Numbered from the stretch's first letter, positions 33,655 through 43,790 are shown. The stretch: 63,402 nucleotides of DNA from Minisyncoccia bacterium (GCA_049695975.1 JBAVTE010000024.1:1-63402); one strand, 5' to 3'. The notes: generated by a model not told the origin, from the sequence alone. Made by a program: numbers and translations.

Positions 33655-33984
33655 TTAGGAAAGAGGTTCTCCCGTAGTCAATTCATAAGCAAAATTAGCT
33701 ATTTTTTCTGCAGTTCCTGTATCAATATCGCTTCTTTGCTTTCCTATAACGATCAGAGCTATCTGATTATGCAACTCTCTTTTTTTGTCATCTGAACCTC
33801 TAACTCTTATTAAATGACCATCAATCATTAATCTATAATAACTCAAGCACATTTCTTTTAATCTTTGTTCTGCGGTAGTATCCCTAAAAGGAGGGTTTCC
33901 TAAAAATCCATTTTTTTTCCAAAGGTTTAATAAAGTATGGTCATATTCTCTTGTATTTTCTTGTTCTATATTTAATTTTTCCAT
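33655..33984 (-). CDS. Hypothetical protein
   Basis: 109-aa ORF. Confidence 0.4.
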   Translation of the reverse strand: MEKLNIEQENTREYDHTLLNLWKKNGFLGNPPFRDTTAEQRLKEMCLSYYRLMIDGHLIRVRGSDDKKRELHNQIALIVIGKQRSDIDTGTAEKIANFAYELTTGEPLS

Positions 33985-34031
33985 ACTATAATATTATCAT
34001 AAAAAAGGTTTGTTGTGATATAATCACCAAA

Positions 34032-34736
34032 ATGAATAAGAAAATCATAATTTTTACTGATGGATCATCAAGAGGAAATCCTGGTCCCGGCGGTTGGGGA
34101 GCAATAATAAACGATGGTGAAAAAATCACAGAACTTGGTGGCAGGGAAAACATAACTACAAATAACAGGATGGAACTTCTGGGAGCTATCCATGCTTTAA
34201 AAAAAATAGAAAAACCCACTGAAGAAATATTTTTAAATACTGATTCTTCCTATCTTATAAATGGAATAACAAAATGGATTTATGGTTGGCAGAAAAAAGG
34301 CTGGAAAAACTCTCTCAAAGAAGAAGTGGCAAACAGGGATCTTTGGGAAAAACTATATGAAGTATCAAAAGACAGAAAAATAAAATGGAACTATGTCAGT
34401 GGTCACTCTGGAGTACCTGGGAACGAAAGATGTGATGAAATAGCAACAGCTTTTGCTGATAACACCTCACCAAAATTATTTTTAGGTAAAAAATCTGGTT
34501 ACAAAATAAATTTAGATGACCTGTCTCAATCGGGTGTTAAAAAAAATTCTTCAAGAAAGAAAAAAAATAAAATGCCAGCTTATTCATATATTAGTTTGGT
34601 AGGTGGTATTTTGAAAATTGATAAAACATGGTCAGAATGTGAAAAAAGAGTGAGAGGAGTGAAGGGTGGGGCGAAATATAAAAAAGTAGGGAGTGAAGAG
34701 GAGGAGAAGCAAGTAATGGCCGAATGGGGTTTTTAA
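34032..34736 (+). CDS. rnhA: RNase HI with a C-terminal hybrid-binding (Cauli_VI / RNase H1 N-terminal-type) domain
   Basis: IIFTDGSSRGNPGPGGWG...NNRMEL...HSGVPGNERCDE is the RNase H core. PAYSYISLVGG...WSECEKRVRGVKGGAKYKKVGSEEEE is HBD-like. Confidence 0.75.
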   Translation: MNKKIIIFTDGSSRGNPGPGGWGAIINDGEKITELGGRENITTNNRMELLGAIHALKKIEKPTEEIFLNTDSSYLINGITKWIYGWQKKGWKNSLKEEVANRDLWEKLYEVSKDRKIKWNYVSGHSGVPGNERCDEIATAFADNTSPKLFLGKKSGYKINLDDLSQSGVKKNSSRKKKNKMPAYSYISLVGGILKIDKTWSECEKRVRGVKGGAKYKKVGSEEEEKQVMAEWGF

Positions 34737-34895
34737 AAACAGATCTATTTAAGGGAAAAGGTATCAGAAACCTTTGTCATCCCAATCCTATCAGAATGTC
34801 ACCTTATCTGGTTAACTCTACAAAAAATTGACAAATAGATATAAATTGGTAGAATTTACGAGGAATAATTTGATCTATACTAAATAAGGAGGACA

Positions 34896-35159
34896 ATGAA
34901 AAAATGTGGAAGAAATCGCCTAATTGACTTGATTGAGTCGTCGAGGGGCGGGGCGGAAACTCTTATGGCATCTTTTTATAAAATGCTTAAAGAAGCAGAG
35001 TCCGTCATAGTAGCTGAATCCGAAGGAAAGGAGCTTGTGCACTCTCGATGTATGATGGAATACCTCAGAACAAAAAGAGGATTCATTGAGGAATGCACTC
35101 GTCAAGGAATTGATTGTGGGCACTTTCTCATCCAAGATATTACTGAATCACCATCATGA
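34896..35159 (+). CDS. Hypothetical protein
   Basis: 87-aa ORF, with AGGAGG upstream and a TTGACA-16-TAGAAT promoter at 34829-34856. Confidence 0.45.
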   Translation: MKKCGRNRLIDLIESSRGGAETLMASFYKMLKEAESVIVAESEGKELVHSRCMMEYLRTKRGFIEECTRQGIDCGHFLIQDITESPS

Positions 35160-35177
35160 CGAATAGTGTTGGTCACA

Positions 35178-35213
35178 CTGCCTCAAGCGTTTTCGCTTGA
35201 GGCAGTTTTTTTT
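35178..35213. terminator. Bidirectional hairpin CTGCCTCAAGCG-TTTT-CGCTTGAGGCAG followed by T8
   Basis: 12-bp perfect stem lying between convergent genes. Confidence 0.65.
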
Positions 35214-36664
35214 CTTATAAACAAAAAAATAACTCCCAAAAATATATAAATCATTAAAACAGGAAATTTTACAAAAGAATTCGTTGGTATAGCAGATATT
35301 GGCAAAGAAGAAAAGAAATTTACCACAAGCAGAACGAAGGAAAGCAAAATCCAAGACAAAAACATAAATGGCCACGCAAGAATTTTTGAAATAAATCCAA
35401 AGGCAACAAGAAGAAACCCAAAAAACATTATTGAAGGAACTAGAGGTAGGACTAAAAGATTGGTAAAAAGTGAAACCACAGAGACCGTATCCATTTTAAC
35501 GATGAGAAGAGGTAGGACAAAGATTTGCGTAGCAATAGTGGATGCAACAATTTCTCGAAGACCAAACTTGTCTGTAATTTTAAGTTTACTTACCACTATG
35601 GGAGAAAGATAGACCAAAGCCAAAGTTGCTAAAAATGAAAGTTGGAATGAAACATCAAAAACAAGTATTTTAGGATTTAAAAATATCATTATAAAGCCAG
35701 CAAAAAACAAAGCCCTTCCGACACTATAGTCCCTGTGAATCAACCTACCGAAAATAAGGATTAGAGCCATAAAACATGCTCGAATGACAGTAGATGAACC
35801 TCCAGCCATTATAGAAAATAACACTACACCAATAGCAGAAAATCCCAGAGAAAAGTTATTTGGTAAAAATGAAAAAACTTTTAGTACAGACTCCGCAACT
35901 ATTGTAATGTTATATCCAGATAAAACCACGATATGTGAAAGGCCGGCTTTACGAAAATTATCATTAAGTTTATCTGAAAACATTTTTGATCCAAGAAGCA
36001 TTCCAATAAGAAGTGATGATTGAGGATCGACTAATTGATTTTTAATTTCTGTAATTGAAGAATTTTTTACTTTTAGTAAAAAATTCTTCAATTTATTTCC
36101 GTTTCCTGAAGAAACTATTTTTGTTTTAACAAAATTTGCTATGAGATAGATGCCGTCTTTTGCAAGATAGTCTTTGTAATCAGTCAGGTCACCAATCAAA
36201 GTATCTGTACTTTCAATTTGTCCGCTTATTAAAACTTTGTCACCATAAAATACTCTCGGGTATGGATCAGTTTGCACCATTATTTTTTCTTCTCTGCATT
36301 TTTCTTTACAATACTCCAATGTCAAAACGAATTTCTGATATTGACCACTTGTATCTGGTTCGCTTAAAACAATTCCTTCTACTGTCTCTTTTTTGCCAAT
36401 TATATTGCTATAGTCTAATTTTGAAGAGATCTCACTACATTCATATCGTATGACCCCAATGCTAAAAGATAAAATCAAAACAAAAAACCCAATAATATGG
36501 ATCTTAGAATATGGATCTTTATAAATTTTTAGAAATATGAGAGAAAGAAGCGAAATTAAAAAAAGAAAAATTCCGAATGAAAAACCAGGACTGGAAAAGG
36601 AACATAAAAAAGTTGATAAAAGAAAGCCAAAAATAAAAAGGAAAAAATATTTATCAAATCGCAC
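35183..36664 (-). CDS. comEC: ComEC/Rec2 DNA-uptake channel, membrane (competence) domain only
   Basis: N-terminal OB-like region plus about 10 TM helices, with GLSHIVVLSGYNI and ILIFGRLIHR motifs. There is no MBL domain. Confidence 0.7.
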   Translation of the reverse strand: MRFDKYFFLFIFGFLLSTFLCSFSSPGFSFGIFLFLISLLSLIFLKIYKDPYSKIHIIGFFVLILSFSIGVIRYECSEISSKLDYSNIIGKKETVEGIVLSEPDTSGQYQKFVLTLEYCKEKCREEKIMVQTDPYPRVFYGDKVLISGQIESTDTLIGDLTDYKDYLAKDGIYLIANFVKTKIVSSGNGNKLKNFLLKVKNSSITEIKNQLVDPQSSLLIGMLLGSKMFSDKLNDNFRKAGLSHIVVLSGYNITIVAESVLKVFSFLPNNFSLGFSAIGVVLFSIMAGGSSTVIRACFMALILIFGRLIHRDYSVGRALFFAGFIMIFLNPKILVFDVSFQLSFLATLALVYLSPIVVSKLKITDKFGLREIVASTIATQIFVLPLLIVKMDTVSVVSLFTNLLVLPLVPSIMFFGFLLVAFGFISKILAWPFMFLSWILLSFVLLVVNFFSSLPISAIPTNSFVKFPVLMIYIFLGVIFLFIRKKTASSENA

Positions 36665-37107
36665 AATCAGAATAATAACAAAACATTTAATAAAAACAAA
36701 AACTCGGATACCCCCACTTGAGGTATCCGAGTTCCCAAAACATTTAGCCTGTTATTTCTTTTTTTCCCCCGATCCCCATCTAGATATCCAAGGGTACGAA
36801 TACGGAGTAGAAAAATAGTCCCATATTTCCTTACACATGGGACCTATAAGTGATAAAAGAGTGAATAGTAGCACGATCAAAATGGGGATAAGCATAAGAT
36901 TTATCCCAATTATTGGGTCTTTCCCCACATTTTCCAAACAGACAAAATCTATCATACGCCTTCCTCCTATTAAAAATTAAAGGACAAGTTCTAACTTAAT
37001 ATTACCATTTCATAATTAAAAAGTCAACATTATTTTTTCGGCAAAATCATCGAAAAAAACAAAGTTTCCTTTTTCTAAGGATTCTAAATCGTGCTAAAAT
37101 TGACTTC

Positions 37108-37971
37108 GTGTATATTTTTAAAAAAATTTCGGCTATAAATAAAATCATAATTATATTTTTATTGGTATTTTTGAATGTAATTTCTTTTTACTATTGTTTT
37201 GGTGTTAAAGATGTTTTGAAAGTGGTCTTTTTGGATGTTGGACAGGGAGATGCCATTTTTATTCAAACGCCGATGGGCAATCAGATTCTCATCGATTCTG
37301 GAAATGGAGTAAATATTTTGACTAAACTCGGAGAAGTTTTGCCATTTTTTGATCGTTCTATTGATGCAATATTTGCTACACACCCAGATCAAGACCACAT
37401 CGGTGGTTTTCCTGATGTTTTAAAATTTTATAAGGTTGGAGAATTTTTTCGGAACGGCGCTGTGTATGATACCGCGACAGCTCAAGAGGTAATGAAAAAT
37501 GTTGATGTAAAAAAAATTAAAAGTGAAATTTTATGCAGAGGAGAAATTTTGGATTTGGGTGGGGGAGTCTTTCTCGAAATTCTTTGGCCACTGACCTGCG
37601 ATTCTACTAAGAAGAATTCAGATACAAATAGTGACTCAATAGTCGCAAAGCTTGTTTATGGAGAAAGTAGTATTTTTCTTACAGGTGATGCACCGATAAA
37701 AACAGAAAAAGCTCTTATTTCTCTTGATTCACTTTCTCTCAAAAGTAATATTTTGAAAGTCGGACATCACGGTTCAAAAAATTCTTCCTCTGAAGATTTT
37801 TTAAGGGCTGTTTCCTCCACAGATGCAGTGATTTCTGTCGGTTTGAAAAATAGTTATGGTCACCCAAATATTGAAGTCGTAGATCAGTTGAAAAATATTG
37901 GTGAAAGAATCTCGGAAACATCTCTTTTGGGTAATGTTTTCTTTTACTCAGATGGAATAAGTACAAAGTAA
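37108..37971 (+). CDS. ComEC-type metallo-beta-lactamase domain protein encoded as a separate gene
   Basis: VVFLDVGQGDAIFIQTP, ATHPDQDHIGG and KVGHHGSKNSS are ComEC C-terminal MBL motifs. There is an N-terminal TM helix. Confidence 0.7.
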   Translation: MYIFKKISAINKIIIIFLLVFLNVISFYYCFGVKDVLKVVFLDVGQGDAIFIQTPMGNQILIDSGNGVNILTKLGEVLPFFDRSIDAIFATHPDQDHIGGFPDVLKFYKVGEFFRNGAVYDTATAQEVMKNVDVKKIKSEILCRGEILDLGGGVFLEILWPLTCDSTKKNSDTNSDSIVAKLVYGESSIFLTGDAPIKTEKALISLDSLSLKSNILKVGHHGSKNSSSEDFLRAVSSTDAVISVGLKNSYGHPNIEVVDQLKNIGERISETSLLGNVFFYSDGISTK

Positions 37972-38085
37972 TTTTTGCAAAAGGATTTCTTTTAAACATT
38001 TACTTTGTTTTATTTAAATGTATAATTATAACCATTCTGGTTGGAATGGATACTATTTGAAAAAAACAAATAGGAGAGAAAATAG

Positions 38086-38244
38086 ATGAAAAGGAGCGGT
38101 TGTGATTTAAATTTTGTTAGTGTCTTATTGATTGATTTAACAGTCATTGGACTCTTGGTGGTAATGGACATTCCGTTATATATTAGAATAATAAGACGAG
38201 GAATGAGAACCCTTTACATGAGATGTTTAGGATTACTGCGGTAA
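38086..38244 (+). CDS. Possible 52-aa small membrane protein
   Basis: Translated by hand (MKRSGCDLNFVSVLLIDLTVIGLLVVMDIPLYIRIIRRGMRTLYMRCLGLLR*). TAGGAGAG lies 8 nt upstream. It is below the ORF-track cutoff. Confidence 0.3.
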   Translation: MKRSGCDLNFVSVLLIDLTVIGLLVVMDIPLYIRIIRRGMRTLYMRCLGLLR

Positions 38245-38366
38245 AATTAATTCAAATTGTTAGAGCTTATCTTTTCATCACAAGGAGTACATCCAGGATG
38301 ATTGCACATTATATTTGAGGATAGGGTATAGGAAAAGGGCGACTCGTTGCGAGTCGCCCTTTATTA

Positions 38367-38612
38367 TTATTTTAATACCCCAGCTTTCTTTAGAGTTGCG
38401 TAAGCTCCATTTTTCTGAATTGTCTTGATGGCACGAGTGGAGAGAGTGAGAATGATAGATTTTTTCAGCTCAGGAATGTAAATTCTCTTTTTTTGTAAAT
38501 TAACATACTTTCTGACTTTTCCTGTCGGGTTGAATTGGGTGGCACGGGTTGCGTTGCTATATCCTCCGCACACTATTGAAGTCTTTTTTGTTATTGGACA
38601 AATTCTTGCCAT
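38367..38612 (-). CDS. rpmB: 50S ribosomal protein L28
   Basis: The MARICPITKK... start and a length of about 80 aa. A terminator hairpin at 38337-38360 lies downstream. Confidence 0.8.
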   Translation of the reverse strand: MARICPITKKTSIVCGGYSNATRATQFNPTGKVRKYVNLQKKRIYIPELKKSIILTLSTRAIKTIQKNGAYATLKKAGVLK

Positions 38613-38682
38613 ATTTTTATAATTTAACTTAGTTGTGCTATGCTATCATAGTAACAAAAAAAATTCAAGTTCTGTCTTATCT

Positions 38683-38746
38683 GTCATTCTTGCGCAGGTG
38701 GGGATTCAGAAAATTAGAATCGAATTCCCGTTTTCACGGGAATGAC
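38683..38746. repeat. REP-like compound palindrome GTCATTC..GCGCAGGTGGGGATTC...GAATTCCCGTTTTCACGGGAATGAC
   Basis: Outer inverted repeat GTCATTC/GAATGAC and an inner 7-bp hairpin at 38723-38743. It overlaps the ATG of the next gene. Confidence 0.45.
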
Positions 38747-39368
38747 AAAAATCAAAATGGATTTAACAATTATATTTAAAATATCCATTCTTATCATTTC
38801 TGTAATGATCCATGAGATTTCCCATGGATATATGGCACTCTTTTGGGGTGATAGGACAGCACAATACGAGGGGCGACTTACTTTGAACCCTATAAAGCAT
38901 ATCGATATTTTCGGTTCGATAATTATTCCTGCATTAATGTTTTTATCTGGCACAGACTTTATTTTTGGTTGGGCAAAACCAGTGCCCTACAATCCGTACA
39001 ATTTAAGAAGGAGAAATATCGCCGAGCCATTTGTTGCCCTAGCTGGTCCACTTTCAAATATTATTGTTGCGGCTATCCTTTCGATCATCCTTCGGGTTGG
39101 TCTAGCTTTTTCTTTGCCTGAAGCTATGGGTACACTTTTGGTTTATGCTGTTTTAATTAACATTTCCCTTGCTATCTTTAATATGATGCCAGTTCCTGGT
39201 TTTGACGGCTACAAAATCTATTCTGCTTTTCTGCCAGACCAAATCAAACTTAGCCTTCAGTCACTAGAAAAATATTGGATAATTTTTGCTTTAGCTTTTG
39301 TTCTCTTTGCTTCCCCATTCTTTGTGACTATAGTAGAGTGGGTGTTTAGGGTTTTTATAGTGATATAA
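38742..39368 (+). CDS. Site-2 protease (M50) family membrane metalloprotease
   Basis: HEISHG zinc motif within a multi-TM protein. Confidence 0.75.
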   Translation: MTKIKMDLTIIFKISILIISVMIHEISHGYMALFWGDRTAQYEGRLTLNPIKHIDIFGSIIIPALMFLSGTDFIFGWAKPVPYNPYNLRRRNIAEPFVALAGPLSNIIVAAILSIILRVGLAFSLPEAMGTLLVYAVLINISLAIFNMMPVPGFDGYKIYSAFLPDQIKLSLQSLEKYWIIFALAFVLFASPFFVTIVEWVFRVFIVI

Positions 39369-39582
39369 TATTTGTAATATTATTTTAAATACTCTTTATA
39401 ATCATTTTGGTAATTGTTATGTTTTTATTTTCATACTTAATTTTTGTCATGGTACCTGTATTCTAATACAAGTGTTACAATTGATTATTAAACTGGGGAC
39501 TAGAGCATTTGCCTTTTTATTATTTTGTGCTACACTCTTTCTACATTAGCTACTTTAGTGTGTGCTAGTGTTTTTAAATAGA

Positions 39583-40005
39583 ATGCCTACAATAAATCAA
39601 CTTATAAAAAGAAGAAGGAAAACTGCGAAGAGGAAATCAAAATCCATTGCTCTTACCAAAGGTTTTAATTCTCTTACAAATCGACCAACATATCAAAATG
39701 CCCCTTTCAAAAGAGGCGTGTGTATTAAAGTTACAACAAAGACTCCAAAGAAACCAAACTCTGCTATTAGAAAGATTGCAAGGGTACGTCTTACAAATGG
39801 TATGGAGGTTACTGCCTACATTCCAGGTATGGGACACAATTTGCAAGAGCACTCTGTGGTAATGGTAAGGGGTGGAAGAGTAAAAGACGTAGGTCTCCGA
39901 TATCAGATAGTCCGAGGTGTACTTGATGCAGGTGGAGTAGAAAAGAGAATGAAAGGAAGAAGTCAATACGGTGCCAAGAAACCAAAAGCCGGTAAAGCTG
40001 CCTAA
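39583..40005 (+). CDS. rpsL: 30S ribosomal protein S12
   Basis: The MPTINQLIK start and the KKPNSA(I)RK motif. Confidence 0.95.
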   Translation: MPTINQLIKRRRKTAKRKSKSIALTKGFNSLTNRPTYQNAPFKRGVCIKVTTKTPKKPNSAIRKIARVRLTNGMEVTAYIPGMGHNLQEHSVVMVRGGRVKDVGLRYQIVRGVLDAGGVEKRMKGRSQYGAKKPKAGKAA

Positions 40006-40016
40006 TTTTAAATAAT

Positions 40017-40487
40017 ATGCGAAGAAAACTAAAAACAAAAAAACCGTTAGTTCCAGATTATAAATACAATTCTGAAAAAGTTGCCAAGCTTGTCAATTAT
40101 ATTATGGATTCTGGAAGAAAAGCTCTTGCGGAAAAAATCATCTATGATGCTTTTGATATAATTATTGAAAAAACCAAAAACAAAAATCCTGTCGAAGTGT
40201 ACGAAACAGCTCTTGCAAACACAGCCCCAAACATGGAGGTCAAATCAAAGAGAGTCGGCGGTGCCAACTATCAGGTTCCTATGGAAGTCAGGCCATCTAG
40301 AAGGTCAGCTCTTTCAATGAAATGGATTATCGATGCCGCTAGAAGCAAAAAAGGAGCAAAAATGGCAGAAAAACTTGCCAATGAAATAATCGCCGCTTCA
40401 AAGAATGAAGGTGAAGCAGTGAAAAAGAGAGAAGCTACTCACCGCATGGCGGAAGCGAATAAGGCCTTTGCCCACTTTGCTTGGTAG
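40017..40487 (+). CDS. rpsG: 30S ribosomal protein S7
   Basis: Blocks VKSKRVGGANYQVP and REATHRMAEANKAFAHF. Confidence 0.95.
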   Translation: MRRKLKTKKPLVPDYKYNSEKVAKLVNYIMDSGRKALAEKIIYDAFDIIIEKTKNKNPVEVYETALANTAPNMEVKSKRVGGANYQVPMEVRPSRRSALSMKWIIDAARSKKGAKMAEKLANEIIAASKNEGEAVKKREATHRMAEANKAFAHFAW

Positions 40488-40609
40488 TTTTCTTTCAATT
40501 TTCACGACTTGCTTTGTCGTGAACTCCGTTTGCTCCCGCAATGTATGAGAATACATTTTGGTCGCAATACTCATTCACTCCTCGCAATTCATTGAAAATT
40601 GAAAGAAAA
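40488..40609. repeat. Compound palindromic element E5, with a 17-bp perfect terminal inverted repeat and inner hairpins
   Basis: TTTTCTTTCAATTTTCA (40488-40504) pairs with TGAAAATTGAAAGAAAA (40593-40609). The inner hairpin CACGAC-TTGCTTT-GTCGTG is homologous, as reverse complement, to the E2 hairpin at 19829-19853. Confidence 0.65.
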
Positions 40610-40665
40610 CAGAAGAAAATACTCGATTTGCTTCATGCTGGCCATTTTGATATTATATACACAGA

Positions 40666-40896
40666 ATGAAATTGAAATTTCCGCCACACTTTCAATCAAG
40701 AATAGATGAAAGAAATTTGAATATAGATCATGTTAAAAGAGCGATAAGAGAACCGGATATTAAACAAGATACTTTTGAAGGCAGGACTAAGGTTCAAAAG
40801 AAAATTGGCGATAAAGTTATTAAAGTAATTTATTTCAAAGACGCGTTTAGAGATAAAAAAGAAGAATATATTATTATTACCGCTTATTATTTATAA
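40666..40896 (+). CDS. DUF4258-like small protein (putative toxin)
   Basis: 76 aa, with the H..SRIDERNL..DHV pattern and an adjacent DUF2283 partner. Confidence 0.5.
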   Translation: MKLKFPPHFQSRIDERNLNIDHVKRAIREPDIKQDTFEGRTKVQKKIGDKVIKVIYFKDAFRDKKEEYIIITAYYL

Positions 40897-40900
40897 AAAC

Positions 40901-41140
40901 ATGAAAATACAATACGATAAAATAGCTGACGCCATGTATGTGTATCTTGGCTTTAAGAAAAAAATAGCTAAAACGATAGAAATAAATGATCGTCTACTTG
41001 TTGATGTGGATAAAAAAGGCAACGTTATTGGTATTGAAATGCTCAATGTTTCAGCTCAAAGCGGTATGGCAAATATTAAAAAGATTGCCAAAGAAGGCAT
41101 CCCCTTTAATATTATTGTTAATTCAGCGATAACTGCATAA
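40901..41140 (+). CDS. DUF2283-like small protein (putative antitoxin)
   Basis: KIQYDKIADAMYVYL....VDVDKKGNVIGIEMLN pattern. Confidence 0.6.
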   Translation: MKIQYDKIADAMYVYLGFKKKIAKTIEINDRLLVDVDKKGNVIGIEMLNVSAQSGMANIKKIAKEGIPFNIIVNSAITA

Positions 41141-41146
41141 TTTATT

Positions 41147-41458
41147 ATGAATAAATCAAAATCAATGTGGTTATCAGCTCTTTTTATCTTTTTTGCAAAT
41201 ATTTCCTCTTTTTGTTTCGTATTCTCTATAATCGTACAAGAACTTGCTGAGGATCAAATTACAAGATTAGGTATTATTGTATGGACTATTGTAAATATAT
41301 CGTTAATATGTTTGGCTGTGTATTTTATTTATTCATCCAAAAATATTAAGACCTCACTCATAGACAGAATAATATTTACAATAGTATCATTCTCGTTCTT
41401 ATTTCCTGCAATAGGTATTACCTATTACTCTTTTCCTTTTTTTGTCCTCTTTAACTAG
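41147..41458 (+). CDS. Small three-TM membrane protein
   Basis: 103-aa hydrophobic ORF. Confidence 0.4.
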   Translation: MNKSKSMWLSALFIFFANISSFCFVFSIIVQELAEDQITRLGIIVWTIVNISLICLAVYFIYSSKNIKTSLIDRIIFTIVSFSFLFPAIGITYYSFPFFVLFN

Positions 41459-41527
41459 ATAGGAATTTTAATTTGCTTTTCTGATTCTTTTAATGTATCT
41501 TATTAATACCAAATAGTCTTGGTTTTA

Positions 41528-41606
41528 TTTTTTTATTTCGACTAGCGAGGAGCAAAAAGTAAAATTATTATTTTACTTTTTGTCCGAGCGAAGGCGAAAC
41601 ACAAGA
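41528..41606 (+). repeat. 79-nt repeat E6 (CTAGCGAG - 16-bp hairpin - CCGAGCGAAGGCGAAACACAAG), paralogous to 33483-33561
   Basis: Alignment with E4. The stem GGAGCAAAAAGTAAAAT/ATTTTACTTTTTGTCC carries one bulge. Confidence 0.7.
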
Positions 41607-41645
41607 ATGAGAATTATTTTATTTATTATTAATTTTTAAATATAT

Positions 41646-43790
41646 ATGGCTCGTGAATACCCATTAGAAAAACTTAGAAATTTCGGAATTATTGCTCACA
41701 TTGATGCGGGAAAAACCACGACATCAGAAAGAGTTTTGTATTACACAGGAAAGACTCACAAGATAGGTGAGGTTCATGACGGAGAAACCACGACTGACTG
41801 GATGGAACAGGAGAGAGAAAGAGGTATTACTATTTGTTCTGCCGCTATTACTTGCTATTGGAGTCCTACATATATGCCGAAGGATGATTTGAGCAAGAAA
41901 GTGATGTTCAATATTATTGATACTCCTGGACACATTGATTTTACTGCTGAGGTAAAAAGATCACTTAGAGTTCTTGACGGAGCTGTGGTTGTTTTTGATG
42001 GCGTTGCGGGTGTAGAACCACAGTCAGAAACAAACTGGAGATATGCAGATGAAGGAAATGTTCCTAGAATTTGTTTTATAAATAAACTAGACAGAACCGG
42101 TGGAAGTTTTGAAAGATCATACCAATCTATTTTGGACAGACTTACAAAAAACGCTGTTCGAATGCAAATCCCTATTGGAGAAGAGTCAAATTTTTCTGGA
42201 CTTATAGATCTTTTGACTTTGAAGGCCTATTATTTTGATGGAGAGATGGGGGATAAGATTAGAATAGAAGAAATTCCGGCTGATAAAGTAGAGGAATCTA
42301 AAAAATATAGAGCAGAACTTATAGAAAAAATTGTGGAGCAAGATGACAAAATGATGACTGAATTTCTTGACGGAAAAGAGCCATCCCTTGCCGAATTAAA
42401 AGTGGTTTTGAGAAAAGCAACTATCGCAAATAAAATTGTGCCAGTACTTACTGGTTCAGCTTTGAAAAACAAAGGTACACAGCTCATGCTTGATGCTGTT
42501 GTAGACTATCTTCCATCGCCACTTGATATTCTACCTGTAAAAGGAATCAATCCAATGAATGGTGAAATAGTTACAAGACATGCCTCTGACGAAGAGCCAT
42601 TCACAGCACTTGCTTTCAAATTGCAGACAGACCCATTCGTCGGACAACTTACATATTTTAGAGTCTATGCTGGAACCATAAAGTCTGGTGTTTACATTTA
42701 CAATTCCACAACCGGTGAAAAAGAAAGACTTGGAAGAGTTGTTAGGATGCAAGCAGATCAGAGAGAAGATTTGGAAATAGTTTATGCCGGAGAAATCGCC
42801 GCCGCTGTAGGTTTGAAAAATGCAAAGACGAGTCATACTTTGTGTGATGAAGAACAGCCTATTCAGCTCGACCAAATCAAATTCCCAGAGCCAGTTATCA
42901 ACTTAAAGATTGAACCAAAAACAAAAGCCGACCAAGAAAAAATGGGTTATGCTTTGAAAAAGCTTTCTGATGAAGATCCAACTTTCAAAATCAAAACTGA
43001 TACAGAAACTGGTGAGACAGTAATTATGGGTATGGGAGAACTTCACCTTGATATTATTGTTGACAGGATGAAGAGGGAATTCAATGTCGAGGCAAATGTT
43101 GGTAAGCCCCAAGTTGCATATAAAGAAACTATTTTGGGTGAAGCAGAAGAAGAACACAAATACATAAAGCAATCTGGAGGTAAGGGTCAATATGGTCACG
43201 TTAAGATTATAATTAAACCACTTCCACCAATCGTTGAAGGAGAAAAAATTCCCAAGAACGTAAAGAGAAGTCCTGGATTTGAATTCATTAACTCTATTAA
43301 AGGAGGTGTTATTCCACAAGAATTTATTCCAGCTGTTGAAAAAGGTATTATTGAAAGTATGGAACGAGGTGTGACTGCTGGATACAAAATGGTAAACATT
43401 TCTTGTGAGCTTACATACGGTTCATATCACGATGTCGACTCTTCCGAGCTTGCTTACAAAATTGCCGCTTCTATGGCCTTCCAGGATGCTGCAAAGAGAG
43501 CAAAACCTGTTATTCTTGAGCCGATTATGAAAGTTGAAGTTGTTACACCAGAAAAATTCATGGGCGATGTCACAGGATTCTTGTCTTCAAAGAGAGGACA
43601 GATAGAAGAAATGTCAGAAAGAGGAATGAATAAGGTTGTCAGAGCTAAAGTTCCTCTAGCCGAAATGTTTGGTTATGCTACAAGTCTACGATCTATGACA
43701 GAGGGCCGTGCGTCATTTACAATGGAGCCTGATCACTATGAAGTGGTTCCAGCCAATGTCGCGAAGGAAATTATTGAATCGAGAAAATAA
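41646..43790 (+). CDS. fusA: Elongation factor G
   Basis: [17 protein letters not shown] and the full five-domain length. Confidence 0.97.
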   Translation: MAREYPLEKLRNFGIIAHIDAGKTTTSERVLYYTGKTHKIGEVHDGETTTDWMEQERERGITICSAAITCYWSPTYMPKDDLSKKVMFNIIDTPGHIDFTAEVKRSLRVLDGAVVVFDGVAGVEPQSETNWRYADEGNVPRICFINKLDRTGGSFERSYQSILDRLTKNAVRMQIPIGEESNFSGLIDLLTLKAYYFDGEMGDKIRIEEIPADKVEESKKYRAELIEKIVEQDDKMMTEFLDGKEPSLAELKVVLRKATIANKIVPVLTGSALKNKGTQLMLDAVVDYLPSPLDILPVKGINPMNGEIVTRHASDEEPFTALAFKLQTDPFVGQLTYFRVYAGTIKSGVYIYNSTTGEKERLGRVVRMQADQREDLEIVYAGEIAAAVGLKNAKTSHTLCDEEQPIQLDQIKFPEPVINLKIEPKTKADQEKMGYALKKLSDEDPTFKIKTDTETGETVIMGMGELHLDIIVDRMKREFNVEANVGKPQVAYKETILGEAEEEHKYIKQSGGKGQYGHVKIIIKPLPPIVEGEKIPKNVKRSPGFEFINSIKGGVIPQEFIPAVEKGIIESMERGVTAGYKMVNISCELTYGSYHDVDSSELAYKIAASMAFQDAAKRAKPVILEPIMKVEVVTPEKFMGDVTGFLSSKRGQIEEMSERGMNKVVRAKVPLAEMFGYATSLRSMTEGRASFTMEPDHYEVVPANVAKEIIESRK

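Noticed and set aside
38683-38746. REP-like palindrome (GTCATTC...GGGAATGAC) as a mobile repeat family
   Set aside because: Only a single copy is present in the window. It resembles widespread REP-type palindromes, but with one copy nothing more can be said. It is kept as a low-confidence feature only.
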